A stretch of 63,434 nucleotides of DNA, the filler included, from Kipferlia bialata (Eukaryota): assembly GCA_003568945.1 (NCBI GenBank). It is 7 parts of 7 records of this genome, joined end to end, with 100 filler letters (N's around TTAATTAATTAA, not from the genome) between each part and the next. Parts side by side here need not be neighbours in the genome. Positions count along the whole stretch, not along the records: positions 13,937 to 27,769 come from BDIP01000890.1; positions 27,870 to 36,537 come from BDIP01000891.1; positions 36,638 to 50,450 come from BDIP01000892.1; 4 more parts are not named here. One strand, written 5' to 3'. Shown one piece after another: positions 23,649 to 37,475 of this stretch. Position 1 is the stretch's first letter, and each line of letters starts with the position of its first letter. Below the pieces are notes generated by a model that was not told the DNA's origin, did not search any database, and saw only the letters and a program-made list of their open reading frames with translations. Made by a program: the position numbers and the translations under genes.

Positions 23649-26600
23649 ATGATAGAAGGCACAGTTATCGGGTGGGTGCTGTCGTTTGCTTCAAATGACG
23701 GCACCTGTGGCCCGATAGCCTTTTTCAACGCCATATTCATTGTGGCTACGCTTGCTGTTGTGTCCAAGGTGTGGCAGGACTCCGTGGAGAGCTTCTACAG
23801 CCCAGTTTCCGCCCCGAACAGCCCACAGGCAGGGGGAAAGAGGTCGAAGGGACGGCGTAGGCAGCCCAGAGAGGAAGACCTGGCCCACCTGCGGCCCGCG
23901 AACCTGCCCCCACCTGGCCCTGTTACGGTAGAGCCTGTGGGCACGCCCTATAGGTTGGGCAGCACCAGTACGCAGGTGGTGGCTGCCATCATCCGCATAC
24001 TGTATGCAGTGGAGCAGATTGGTGCTCCTGTGATGCCTGGGGATGGATCAGTGGCAGACACTGTGGTGCAGCCAGAGGCCCAGGGTAAGGAGGGGGACGT
24101 ATCTACACCAGTACCTGTGGTTGAGAGTGAGGAGGTGGCTGCAGAAGAGGTATGTGAGCCAAAGGTTGAGGATATGGCTGTGCCTCCCAAGGCAGAGGAG
24201 GCAGAGGCAGAGGCAGAGGGAGAGAGAGAGACGGAGGAGGTGCATGTTGTTGAGCAGCTTGCCCCAGTTAGTGTGTCTACTATCGAGGCAGCCCTGCACC
24301 CACAGTCCCAGACAGTGGAGGAGAGAGGGGGGGAGAGGGAGACCCCATCCCGCATTGGTATGGCCCCCACCCACACACCCCATGTGCAGGCATCCCCTGG
24401 CATGGACAGGGACAGGCCGAGGGAGCCCATACGCAGTGTGGGTCCCATAGCCACTAGGGATATGGCTGACCCTGTCAATGACACTCCCACCCTGGCCAGG
24501 GCACCCTCACAGGTATGGGTATACATGCATGTGTATATTATACTATTTGAGTGTGTCAGTATGTGTATATCATCATCCTGACCCCCCCCCCCCACCCCCC
24601 CATTTCGTGCTGACCAGGTTGTCATTTTCTGAATGTACTCTATGTCTCTATCTCTCTCCTGTTGATATATACGTATATATGACTATCTCTCTTACCCCTC
24701 AGTCTGTTCTGACCAGGGTGTCATTATCTGAGTACTCTCTCTCAATATATATGTCTACTACACCCTCTCTCTTACCCCTCAGTCTGTTCTGACCAGGGTG
24801 TCTGGCCAGAGGAAGGCATCCCCCGACATCCACCAGGCAGACATCGCAGAGTACCAGGTATATATATGTATATGTATATATGTATGTATAGAGAGAGAGA
24901 GAGTCAGACATCCACCAGGCAGACATCGCAGAGTACCAGGTGTGTATAGTGTGTATATCATACCATGAATACATGTAGAGAGTTATGTGTCATCCTCTAG
25001 GCAGACGGTGTAAGTGACATTGTATTAATGTAATGATTAGTATACCCTAACCCCCCAGGTGCAGGTTGTGCCTGTCAAGGGCAGTAGATATACTCCTCAT
25101 ACCAATATATCTATATATATATATATGAGTGTGTCTGGTACATATATATTATTTGTTTATGTCCAGGTGCAGGTTGTGCCTGTCAAGGGCTGTAGTTATA
25201 CTCCTCATACCAATATATATGCATATGTATATATATATGTCTGGTGCATATATAGATTTCTTGTTTATGTAACTCTAACCCAGGTGCAGGTTGTCCCTGT
25301 CAAGGGCAGGAGACGCAGGTCCAGGAGAGGCCACTCTGGGGAGAGGGGGAGGGACAGAGAGGCTGGGGAGTCGAGACGGTCCAGACGTAGTGCTACCAGC
25401 AGCCACAAGGAGAGGGAGAGGGAGTCTCTGAGAGATGCAGTATCACCTGGTGCCCCGGAGAGAGAGAGAGAGAGCCCAGTCTCTGAGGAGGAGAGGAGGA
25501 GAGAGAGAGAGAGGGAGCACCGCGCCCAGCAGGAGAGGGAGAGAGCCTCCATGGAGAGAGAGAGAAAGGCCCACCAGCAGAGGCAGGAGGAGCTGGAGAG
25601 AGAGAGAGAGAGGCAGAGAGAGCAGGAGAGAGTGGAGGCGGAGAAGGAGAAGGAGAGACAGAGGGAGAGGGAGCTGAAGGCGGAGCAGAAGAGAGAGGCT
25701 CAGGTACTAACTGACTTATCTATATACAATGATAATTGTTCCATATATCCTTTCGGCGCACTTGGGTATATACCCCTCACCCCAGATGCAGCGCCACATG
25801 GAGAGACTGGCAGCTGAGGCCAAGGCTGAGGAGGAGGAGAGAGAGAGGCAGAGGGCACAGGAGAGAGCACTTGAAGAGGCCAGAGAGAGAGAGGCCGAGA
25901 GGGAGAGAGAGAGGGAGCAGGCCGAGAGGGAGAAGGCCGAGGAGGTTGAGAGGCTGGCGGAGATTGAGAGGGAGAAGGAGAGAGAGAGAGAGAGAGAAGC
26001 GGCTCGTCAGCCTGCTGCCCTCCCCGTCTCCACCTTCCCCTCTCTGTCCCACTCCTCTGTCGTTGCCTCTCCTGCCTCCCCTGCCAAGCCCGACCTCAGC
26101 ATAGAGGTGCCCCAGCAGGATAGGGAGAAGGAGACAAAGAAGGAGGGAGAGAAGGAGGAGTCTGTTGCCAGGCCTTCCTCAGTCCTAGCCAGAGAGGGAG
26201 AGAGGGAGAGAGTAGTTGCCAAGGAGACCTCCTCCTCACCCACCACTGGCAGACGCTCCCAGCGCCTACCCCCCCTTGCTAGTGGGTCATCCCCTGCCGT
26301 GCCCCCTTCCCCTGGTGGGGGTAGCTCCTTCCTGCCTGCCGCTGTCTCTCCCTCTGCCTCTGGTGCCATGCCCCTGGGGGGCAGGAGGCGCAGTGTCTCT
26401 AGGTCACACTCTAAGGCATGTATGCGTATACTATATGCATATATATTTATTGTTGTATTATGTGTGTTGGTGTGTATACTATGAGTCACCCTTACCCCAG
26501 GGCCATGGACAGGACCCCGAGAGACGTCCCCTAGGACAGAGACAGAGGTCGGAGGGGGGACTGGCCTTTGGGGCCATCAGTAGGTATGCATCTGCTGTTT

Positions 26601-27606
26601 ATGTCACCTATTACTCCTTTCGTGACAAGAGTTTACCCCAGACGCATCAGCGAGAGCATGGACCACAGCCCCGTGGCTGCTGGGCTCTTCAGTCAGCAGA
26701 GAGAGGGAGAGAGGGCCAGGGCACCCCTGGCACCTGGCAGTGCCACTATGCAGGGGCAGCAGAGGAGGTATGGGTTGTGTATATATATAGATAGATATAC
26801 ACACTCTCTATGTGTTGCACTCTACTCTCTGACACCCAGGGATGGACACACCATGGGAAGGACAAGCACCTCCCCTGGGCTACCAAGGTATAGTGTTCAT
26901 GTCGTCTAATCTTTGTACACTTCTTACATTCATACATTATTCCATTGCTATTCTCACCCCCTAGGTCTCGGTCTGCCCATGGGTCCCCCTCTCCCACCAA
27001 GACAAGGGAGAGGGAGAGAGAGAGAGACCAGCTGGAGAGGGCAGTCTCCCCAGTGGCCGAGAGGGCAGTGAGCCCTGGTAACAATGCCACACCTATAGAG
27101 ACTGATGTAGAGACACCTGATGCTACTGAGGCAGTACCAGTGGAGGATGCACCAGCTGAGGCAGAGGCAGAGGCAGAGGCTGACAAGGAGCAAGAGGAGA
27201 GAGAGGCCGCAGCCAAGGAGGAGGAGAGGCGAGAGAAGGCGGCCGTGCACCAGATGCATGTATCCAAGGAGCTGCTATCGACTGAGAGGCGGTACAACGA
27301 GAAGATGACAATCCTGCTCGATCACTACATCGGACCCCTGCTGGATAAGGTATGCTCGTGATCTCTTTCTCTCTCTCTCTCTCTCTCTGACCTAAGGTCA
27401 ATGCCCACCAGCGTATCCTGCTCCACCAGCAGGACATGTTCATCATCAAGCTGACCAGTGACAGGATGCTAGCAAGGTGTATATATATATATATATCTAT
27501 AATGGTAGTATCTCATGACTCTGTCTAACCCCCAGGCTAGATGCCCGCCTGGCTGAGTGGGAGGAGGGACAGAAGCTGGGGGACATCATCATCCAGTTCA
27601 CACCAG
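23649..27606 (+). CDS. RhoGEF (Dbl homology) protein with N-terminal hydrophobic segment and long ER-rich coiled coil, 3' partial
   Basis: Terminal exons HVSKELLSTERRYNEKMTILLDHYIGPLLDK|VNAHQRILL...RMLAR|LDARLAEWEEGQKLGDIIIQFTP match the DH-domain start (ELL.TE..Y...L..L...Y..PL; L..RL.EW....(I/L)GDI). The N-terminal exon contains IAFFNAIFIVATLAVV. Confidence 0.75.
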
Positions 27607-27719
27607 GTAGCCATGTCAATGTATATACATTCCTACCTGTATTTGTTCTACTCTGTATGTGTACACACCTGGTACATGCCTAAGTGCTACTCTCTGTGTG
27701 TGTGTGTGTATATGTCTCC

Positions 27720-27769
<50 letters not shown>

Positions 27770-27869
27770 NNNNNNNNNNNNNNNNNNNNNNNNNNNNNNN
27801 NNNNNNNNNNNNNTTAATTAATTAANNNNNNNNNNNNNNNNNNNNNNNNNNNNNNNNNNNNNNNNNNNN

Positions 27870-27919
<50 letters not shown>

Positions 27920-28573
27920 ATCATCTCTCTCACAATACCCCACCTAGACTGAATGATACATATCATACCTAGGTTGAACCCCCTCAGCTGTGACACAAAG
28001 GTGAAGGTGTCAGCCACATAGGATGACATGGTCACTCAGTCTCTCTGACACAGTCCCCTCAGCCTTGGACCGGTGTATCAGGGCGGTTCCCTGCTGTGTT
28101 GTGTGAAGGTGGACATGCATCTGATGGCATCCCGTGCTCAGTCTGGAAGGGAGAGTGATGCCCTCTTGAGCGTATGAACTGGTTTCTGTTTCTACACCCT
28201 CAGAAATGACTTCGACATTGAGAGTGACTCTATGATCATCATTATCAGGTCTTCTGATGAGAGAGGAGCGTCGGGTCCCCGAAGGACTCCCTCTTCTTTG
28301 TCTGAAGGTGCATCATTATTCATATTTATGTGTTGAAACAATCCATCAGTGTCAGAAGCTCGATAGGTAGGATGTGACCCCAGTAATGACGCCACTGTAA
28401 CTATGCCATGTACACACATGTTATGCATGCACATAGCACAGATACAGCCCCAATTACTGGTCTCTCACATCCCTTCCATACCAGACTCCCAACACCGTAC
28501 CAACACCCTGTCCATGCACTCCCATTCCACATCTCACGTCCTTCCTCTGAGTCCCTGTCCCTAGGCCTAGCCT

Positions 28574-31500
28574 CTAGTCACCCTTTAGGAAGGCTCTACA
28601 TGCCTTGTACACAGCCTCCCCAACACTGTAGCACCTCCGAGCATTCAAGTCAGAATACACCTCCACCGGGGCCCTGGACCTTGCGTTGGCATTGGGGTAC
28701 CGGCTCTTGACGTACATGTCGTCATCCATGCCTGTCAGGGATATGCCCAGCCACTGCACCTTGCCTGCCAAGAAGGACAGCTGGTGCCTCCGGATGTCTT
28801 CGTCAGAGAGGCCCACCGCCTTGAGACATGCCGCCTTGAGGGCTAGCTCAGCTGTCTGATAGGAGAGGAAGCACACCACGCTGGCATCACCCCCCTGGGT
28901 CAGGAGTGTCTTTGCACTACTGCGCATGGCCCTGGCCTGTGCGAGGTAGGCAGCTGCCAGGGAGGGGTCTGGCAGGACAGTGGAGGCAGACCCCTGCTGG
29001 GAACGGGCCAGGAAGGACTGCACATACCGCACCTCGGCTGCATCTCCCTGTGCGGCACAGAAGAGAGGGTCGTCCCCAAACACGCTGCCCTTCTCACCCT
29101 GTCCCATGTACAGTACCTCCTCCTCTACATGCTGTGTCACCTCTGCCTGGATAGCTGCGTCTAGCCCAGGAACAGCACACCAGTAGGAGACTATGCGAGA
29201 CAAAGCAGCCTGTTGAGCATTTCCATCTGGTAGCTGGGCCACAAGCTCCAGCTCTCTGTCGAAGGCGTCGGTGAGCTCGTCGGCGTGAGGGCTAGAAGCT
29301 GCTGGTATCTCTGTGCTCATTGTCCAGAGTATGGTTACAGGGGCCCTAACCAGACCAGCCCCCTCATGCACCTGGTACACCGGGACACCCCTGGACGAGA
29401 CCAGTCTGACCACCTTGCAGTAGACGAGGTCATCGGGGCTGGTACCATACGCAGCTAGCACCCCAACAGTGTACTCCATGACCAGGCGAGACTGTACGGT
29501 CACAGCGTCTCTCTCGAGGAGGAGACCCCCTGGCTCCTGGGTACCCTCCTCAGCAGGTTTGAGGTAGCTGTGCTCGAGTACCTCGGCCAGGCTAGACTTG
29601 CTCAGGGCATCGCGTACGAAGCTCTTTGCATATGCGTTGCCACGCAAACCCAGCTGAGTGAGAACAAATGTGACTATGGCCTTCTGGAAGCAGTCTGGTA
29701 CTTGCTCACCCTCCCAGCAGACATAGACACGGTGCGACTCATCACACCTCTCGATCAGTAGGGGCTGAGCTGTTGACTGGTCCTGATCACCCTGTGTATC
29801 ACGGTGCGACATGGATACCTCAGTGCCATCTGCCTTCTGCACCGTTGTGGAGTGCGGGATGGTCTCAGAGAGCAGCTGGCACCACTGTAGACGGGCCAGG
29901 TCACCCACACGCAGAGACTCGTCTCCCCTGTCCCCAGTGACACTGACGATAAGGGCGGACAGGGCCTTACGCAGGGTGGGGTCCCGAAGCCGGCCCTCCA
30001 CACCGCGGATACGAGCAGACATGGGTGTGTCCTCGACAGCGAGTAGGGCCCCCATGCGTTGGAAGTCCTTGCTGGACTGGACCACTGTGGCTGGGGGGGT
30101 GCAGAAGGGGGTATGTGCAGAGCAGCACTGGGTGTACCCGGCATCTCCCTCCAGCCACCTCCGACAGCTTGATGCAGTATGTCCGACACTGGGACTGAGT
30201 ACTGCTGCTGTGGCCTCCACATCGAGTAGATTCCTCAGCTGCACCAGCCTCCCACCAGTATCACACCCATACACACCGGCCATGTGGGCATACTGTGCCT
30301 TGGGTGTGGAGGAGCTGCTGAACTGCAGATCTGCCCTGTCCTCAGTGTCTAGGTCCATCCTGTCCAGGTGCCACAGGTAGCAGGACACAGCCTTGACGTG
30401 GTTGGGGGAGAGGGCACTCCCCTGGTAGAGCTTCTGGAGGTAGGCCATGCCCCCAAGTATCTGACGGAGGGAGAGGGGGGTCTTGATGGTGAGACCCAGT
30501 GCGTATGCCAGCATGCCGTGCCTCTCCACAAACACGTCTGGCACCTTAGTCAGCAGAGACAGCTCGGGAGTGTAGACAGGCTCCTCATCAGTGTCGGGGG
30601 CACAGAAGAGATCGCAAGGGCGCATCCACACCCCTCGAACGTGGATAATGGCCTGCGAGGCGAGCTGTGTAACGCCAGACTTCTCTCTCTTCCGGGCCAC
30701 AAGCTGGTCCAGCTCTAGATAGGCCGACTCGAGGGTCTCAAGACCTTCCCCTGTACCTTGCTTGTACCTCCTCGCAAATGCCAGGATGTGTTGGCCAATA
30801 GTCTTTGCAGAGGGACGCTTCTCCACCCCAAGAGCCTTGAGATTCTTGGGAAGACCCTCCACTGGCAGACAGTACCTAACACACTGCACCGAGAGGTGGT
30901 AGGCTTCAGTGACACACTGACCGAACCGGACAAGGACACATATAGGAGGGACGCTTCCTTTCATAACTGGGACCAAACGCAAACCCGCCATTTCCTTGCA
31001 CAGGTGAGGAGTAGCCCTCTGCGCCACAGTGGAGGCGAAGGGGGTTGCAATCTGCTGCACAAATGTTGATACACCAGAGGTACATTCCCCATAGTGTCTG
31101 TCTAGCTGCCTTGCACACAGGAGAGTGAAGGCTTCATCACTTGGATCGCACTGGAATATGGTGTCCTGGGTCTTGCACCCCAGCGTGGCAAGCAGTTCAC
31201 CGGGTAAGGGGCAGTCACTAGCTGGGTAGTGCAGGGTAACATCCAAGCCCTGGAGTCCTGTAGGGAAGAACACCTCTGTGACGGGGTTGGGCAGGAGTAG
31301 GGAGCGAGGGGAAACAAAGAGTCCCTCCCTCGTGGGAACAAAGGGGATATCCACGAGCTTGTGGGGTGTCCAGCCCTTCTTGGTCTGGTAGAGGGCAGCG
31401 ACAAGAGAGAGAGCACCCTTTCTATCCACGCTGTCCATATCTCCCCACTTGTCAAGTAGGGACTCAACAAACACATCAGGGGACACAGTGGCGGCACCAA

Positions 31501-34500
31501 GCCGCTTGCCTAGATGGCTGTACTGCATGAAGGGGAGGGTCACTGACTGCATACGGGTGCCACGCACGATGGCTGTATCCTGCAGCATCGAAGGCTGGAA
31601 CATCCACGAGCCTGACTGGACACCCACTGGGGGGAAGATGGGGAGTAGCCTGAGAATGCGCAAGGCATGGGCTGCCACTGGGGCGTCTGCGCCAGTCTCT
31701 CTCTCGCCGGGTGGACCCTCCCCTATCTCCGTCAGTAATACCACCCGGTCGGCTACAGATAGCTTGTGGCACATCTGGATGGGGCTACTGGGGCCGACAC
31801 CCTCAGTGAGCAGCATATCCACCACAGACACGAGGCCTGACATGGAGTGGGGGTGACACACTGAGCGGAGACTGTCTGCCGCTGCTGCAGTCATGCCCTT
31901 AGGGACCAGCAGGGTGGGGATGCCAAGCTTCGTCACGATGTTGGTCACCTTCCACTTGGAAGTGGGGTCTACGGCCATCACGGGTGCCTTGCCTCCAGGG
32001 CGTATGCACATACGCCCTCGGGAGGTTGGGACCAGCTTGATACCAGCCAGACACCCACTGATCTCTGAGGGGGACCTGCCCTTTCCCACAAAGGAGAACA
32101 CACGGCCTAGTCCGACATAGTCCAGCTCCTGTGTCCTCCCTCTCAGGGCCTCTCCCAGTGCCTCGAGGCCAATAGGCGCCACGTGCTTCCCAATGATGGT
32201 CCCCTCACCGTAGTGGTGCTCTGGCACTGTGGGGCTGAGGACCAGGGCAGAGCCCGACACCAGCGGCACCAGCTGCGTCTTGTCTGTCTGGCTCAGGACA
32301 ACAGGGACCACTGGAAGCTCGGGCCACACGGCATATCTGCCACCACTCAGGGGGAGCAGGGGAAGTCCGCTCAGCCCACCCCGCACAGCACGACGGGCCG
32401 CATACTTGAGAAGCTGCACAAGGTCTCCCTCTGAGGAGATCGAGGGCAGGGGTCCCTCCTTGTACTTGAACACACGAGGCGGGTTGTGCTTCTGGCCATT
32501 GAACGCCTTCATCATGTCCCGGAGCCAGTGACGGACGTTGGATGGGCTCAGCAGGGTGAGGCTCGAGAAGGACGGGGCCATCTTCTGAATGCGCTTGATG
32601 AGGTCGGGGTGTCCATACAGGCTGGGCAGGGAGTCGTAGTGGGTGTGGGCCACCTGCATACCCTCCTTGGCGAGGATCTCGGCAACAACGGAGTCGTCGC
32701 CAGTGGCGAACACAGCGTCCTGCAGCACAATGCGCCTGTCACCTACAAGAGGGGGCACCACGGCTCTGTCGTGCAGCCTGGCCAGCACCCTGGAGGCCAC
32801 GTTCTCGAACCCCCCCTCCTTGGTGGCGTCACTAACCGATGGGTACACGTTGACAGAGGTATTGGCAAGAAGGCGGCAATAGGCCTTGACGAGGAGGTCG
32901 CACAGCCTGGTGTTGCGAGCTGACTTGCTGAGCTGCTTACGGGTACTGTACAGCGAGAAGGGCCCGCTGATGTAAACTGGCAGGCCTGTACTGATGATTG
33001 TGGTGGGGAGTGCCACAAACAGACAAGGGGAGGGGGAGGGAGCGGTGGGAGCAGTGGCCACTGTCACGGCCTCTCCGGCATTGTCACTGCCCTCAGTCAC
33101 TAGGGTGTACTCGTATCTCTTGGTGGAGCTGGGACGCTGCTCCTTGGACTGGTTACCAGCAGTGGATCGAGCATACACCTCCTTGGTGACACACACCCTG
33201 GACATTCCCGCCTGACGTAGCTCCTTGCTCTCCCTCGACAGCTTGAGTATCAGACTGGTCTTGCCGGTGTGTGAGATGTCATAGAACGACACAGACTTGA
33301 CGCCTGTCAGGAACAGGAGCAGCTCCTCGGCCTTGCCCTCCCTGCCTGCCATTCCCTTGATGACGTTGGCCATGTCCTCCATGGTCACGGGGGGCATGTC
33401 CCTCTTGCGAGACAGGGCAAGGAGGGGCGAGTGGCTGTTCTGCTCAGAGGTGCGGAAGGGGATGCGTATCACAGACCCCTTCTCAGGACTCATGCCGGGG
33501 ACGTGGAACTCGTAGGGGTCTCCCATACCCGGGTACCGCGACAGTAGCAGGTCAGTGTCTGGGAACTTTCGGCCTGGGTTACGGTCTGTGGCCCCAGGGA
33601 CATACTCCCGCAGGGGGTCCAGGATGAGGAGGGTCTTGCCGCTGTAGATGCTGGGGACATCGGTGAGGCCAAACACACTGCAGAACCCAAGGCCAAATGT
33701 GCCGATGGACGATTCATCATCCTGCTTGCTACCCACCCCCAGCTGGGTCACACCCTTCCAGTTCTCCTCGGTGAAGAGGGCATCGTCATAGGCCACGAGG
33801 GCAGGGCCGAGGCATGCGGCATAGGCAGGGGAGATGACACCATCGGGGCTATGCTTGCGTCTGTCAATGGCAAACACAACATTGGCAGCCCCTGCGTCTC
33901 TGGCGTTCTGCAGCAGCTCCTTGAAGAGGTCCATCTTGACTGGATAATCCTGGATGAGCTGGCTGATGCGGCACCCAATGTCCTCGTGCTGGCCTGGGGT
34001 GAGGGTTCGCCAGAAGGTATATATATATATGAGGGCATATAAATACAAAAATACATACCGCAGGCCTCTCCGATGTCAATGAGGTCTCCTATTGTGCTCT
34101 GCAGCCTCTCGTCTCTGGTAGGCATCCCGAGGGCCTTGCACCCTGCGTCACACAGCTCTGGGTAGTCGATGGGCGCCACTAGCTGATCCTCATCGTCCAG
34201 CACCCAGGCCAGGCGGCGCATCTCCTCGGCATGGTTCCCATTGTGCACCATGCCCCAGAGGCCACTCGGCTCCATCAGGGACATCAGCACACGGGCACCT
34301 TCCACATCCTCCTGGGTGGCTATGGACTGCACGACAGCCAGGAGGCTCTTCTGGCCGAAGGTACGCATGCCGTGACTGCTGAGGACCTGCACGTCCTCCT
34401 GGGAGAGGCCTGTCCGCAGTGGCACTGGCAGCACATCCACTAGGGAGGGGCAGTCAGCCCCCAGGGTGCGTATCTGGTTGACCACTGGGTCTAGGGGACT

Positions 34501-36457
34501 GTACACGTCACTGAGAGGGTGAAGAGTGTCAGGGTCGTCTCCGGTGATGGCCACAAAGGGCACTCGCTTCAGCAGAGCATATGTGAAGGGGAGAGAGGGA
34601 GCAAGATCTCTGGTCTTCGTAGGCTCCTCGCGACCCTTCGTCTTTCCACGCCTCTTCCCCTTTCCCTTTCCCTTTGCCTTCTGCTTGGCCGCCCCCCCGT
34701 TAGTGTGCGCAGCCCTGTTAGCGGCCATTGTCTGGACCATGAGCCACAGACACTCCACCTGCCACTCCTCAAGGGCTGTCTTGGGGGTCAGACGGCCCAC
34801 CCGCTGCACCCTTATCAGGTATGCCTCATGGGTCAGCCTGCCCTTGCTCTGAAACACCTTGTCCAGCCCCTCGTGACACGTGAGGGGGAGTCTGCTCTCA
34901 TCGAGGCATATGCAGATCTCGGGGCGCACCAGGTCGGTGTCCATGCCGAGGGGGGGCCTTGCAATCTTTGGGACACCCCCTACTGCCAGCGGGTGCAGGG
35001 TGTCAGAGTGCAGGACAGGCCATATGGGCAGGCTGCTGTAGGAGGCAGGGGGGTGGGTCTCATGGGACTGAAGGAGACACACACACAGGGGGACCCCACA
35101 GGCAGCGAGCGAGTGCCCCTTGTGCTTTGAGACTAGGGAGGAGAGCAGGGCCTTAAGAGAGACACGTAGAGCACCCGCCCCCTGGCCCAGACCCTCCCTC
35201 ACAAACGCAGGGAGGCTGTCAGTCACCACAGAGAGCCCGATCTCCCTCAGCTCTGCCACGCATTCTGGTGCGTGCAGCTCTGGGGGCAGGAGTGAGACCC
35301 CACAGGGCTTTACGAAGGCGGCACCGTCACTCACAAACTCCTTCTCCCGCATAAGGGCCCAGAAGCGGTCGATGAAGAGACCGACCATGTCGGGGTCCAG
35401 AGAGGGGTCGGGGAGGCGGGCGTACAACGACGCCACAGCGGCTGGGTCTGCGGGGTCTGTGTGTGCCACACCGCCCATGAAGGCATCGACCAGGGCCTCA
35501 GGGCATGCCTGCGACAGGATGCAGTTGTTCCACTCAGACTCCTTGGCAGACCGGCCCCTCAGGTCCTTGCCGCTCTTGAGGTTACGTCTGTCACTACCCA
35601 ACATGAAGGCGGCGTCCAGGAAGAAGGGGAGGCGGGAGTGGACACCCAGGATGGGCATGAGGCAGAAGAGGGGGCAGGCCTCCATGGGGACAGGGGGGAC
35701 GGCGACAGTCACGGTGGGGGGGACGTGCATGGTGGGGGCAGCGGCTGTGAGGGCGGGACTGGTGGCAGTCCCCATGTAGTAGCACATGGACACAGGCTCC
35801 TGGCCCCTGACCTCGGTCACGAAGGATCGGGTACTGCCGTCATCCGTCCGTTGCACACGCATGAGACGCTCCACTCCCTTGTCTGTCTTCTCATACACTT
35901 CAACAGAGCGCAGGTGCCTTGTGAATAGCAGCGTCTGCTCTGCCATGGCTATGAATGGCTCAACCACCTGCTGTGCACAGTCTACAGACTGTACTGCATC
36001 TCCCATGGGACTCTGCCCCAGGCGGAGGGGGAGCCGGAAGAGGGTGGACGTATCTGGGTCCCACCCCGTGGCCTCCCACACAGGTGCGATGGGTGCGAGA
36101 GTGTCTGCCAGCTGCAGACGGGCGTCGTCGTTGAGGTCGACGAGGGTACCCGTGGAGGGGTGTCCCTTGCTGTCTGTGAAGTGCCTCTCCAGGGGGTCTA
36201 GGAACCCTAGCACAGCCCCAGTGCACAGGATCGGGGTGTCAGTCACGTGGTAGGTGCTGTTGAACCCAATGCCAAAGCGACCGGTGCTGGGGTCAGTCAC
36301 GAAGAGAGAGGCAGCTAGATATATATAGTATACCCAGACGATAGATAAGGACGAACCTGTTAGGATCTAGGACCTTTCTGCTCTGCTCAATGGAACATAT
36401 ACTCCCAAAGTCCTCCTTCTCAAAGGGGGCGTTGTTCCCTATCGTGAGGGCAGGGCC
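28574..36457 (-). CDS. Sacsin-like protein (at least 2 Hsp90-like SRR modules + C-terminal HEPN), 5' partial; exons 36457-36357, 36286-34059, 33993-28574
   Basis: Sacsin motifs GPALTIGNNAPFEKEDF, DPNSTGRFGIGFNSTYHVTDTP, GQHEDIGCRISQLIQDYP...FKELLQNARDAGA and IGTFGLGFCSVFGLTDVPSI. HEPN tail CFLSYQTAELALKA...RHQL...YVKSRYPN. Introns 36287-36356 and 33994-34058 join the ORF-track fragments in frame. Confidence 0.9.
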
Positions 36458-36657
36458 CTGGGGTGAGTCAGAGAACACATGGAGGTAGAAGAATGGGGGG
36501 TGGGGGGGGGGGGGGGGGGGGGGGGGTGTACCTGGGGNNNNNNNNNNNNNNNNNNNNNNNNNNNNNNNNNNNNNNNNNNNNTTAATTAATTAANNNNNNN
36601 NNNNNNNNNNNNNNNNNNNNNNNNNNNNNNNNNNNNNGGGGGGGGGGGGGGGGGGGG

Positions 36658-36693
<36 letters not shown>

Positions 36694-36733
36694 AGTGATA
36701 CAGAGGGGGGTGAGAGTCAGACAGATGTCGCAC

Positions 36734-36973
36734 TTTCCCTGGATCTCATTAAGGCTCTTGCAGCTTGTCCTGAGCTGACTGAAGAACTCGGCAAACACAT
36801 GGCCAAAGGCAGAGAGAGAGACGGTGTCAGGCTGCTGGGGGGTCAGATTCAAAGCATACTGATGAGGGGAACACATACAGGATATGTTAACACACACTTA
36901 GGTGTGTGCTAGGGAAGAGAGCACACACAGCAGTGGTATCACATACCTGCTCTGTCAGGGACTCAAAGGACAT
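36734..36973 (-). CDS. TRAPPC5: TRAPP complex subunit 5 (Trs31), first two exons, 3' truncated
   Basis: MSFESLTEQ|QPDTVSLSAFGHVFAEFFSQLRTSCKSLNEIQGK resembles the TRAPPC5 N-terminal motif VSLSAFA.LF.E.V.Y......S..ELQ. Confidence 0.7.
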
Positions 36974-37217
36974 CACCCACTACAGGCACTCAATGCCAGG
37001 GGGGGGGGGGTTCTCTGGAGTCTGCCAGGAACTATAGGTACTGGTTAAAGAAACAGGCAGACGTTGTGGGCGTGGGGTTGAATTGGTATCGGTGCTTGGA
37101 GAGTACCTGTGAAGTCAGGATCAGACTCTGAACCCTCAGTCAAAAACACACCCGTTCAAAGAACGGCATACTCAGGTCGCGCCTGACCTGTCTGCCAAGC
37201 ATTGACCCTCTCTACCG

Positions 37218-37431
37218 ATGGACAGGATCAAGGCCAGTCACAGTGAGAGGGATGATGCCGGCCTCACGTGCTTGAAAGGTGAGAAACTAGGTTGATGTAT
37301 TTCTGCTTTGAACAGAGGGTTATTGAACAGACCAATGAGGTCCAGCTACGGAGCCTCCCCCCCCTTATGTAGACTCCATATACATATTTCCATCATCTAC
37401 TCCATGATTTATTCCTCACAATTCCCTCAAG

Positions 37432-37475
<44 letters not shown>

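Noticed and set aside
29570..36253. Many plus-strand ORFs overlapping the sacsin-like gene
   Set aside because: Antisense shadows of a GC-rich CDS with no independent motifs.
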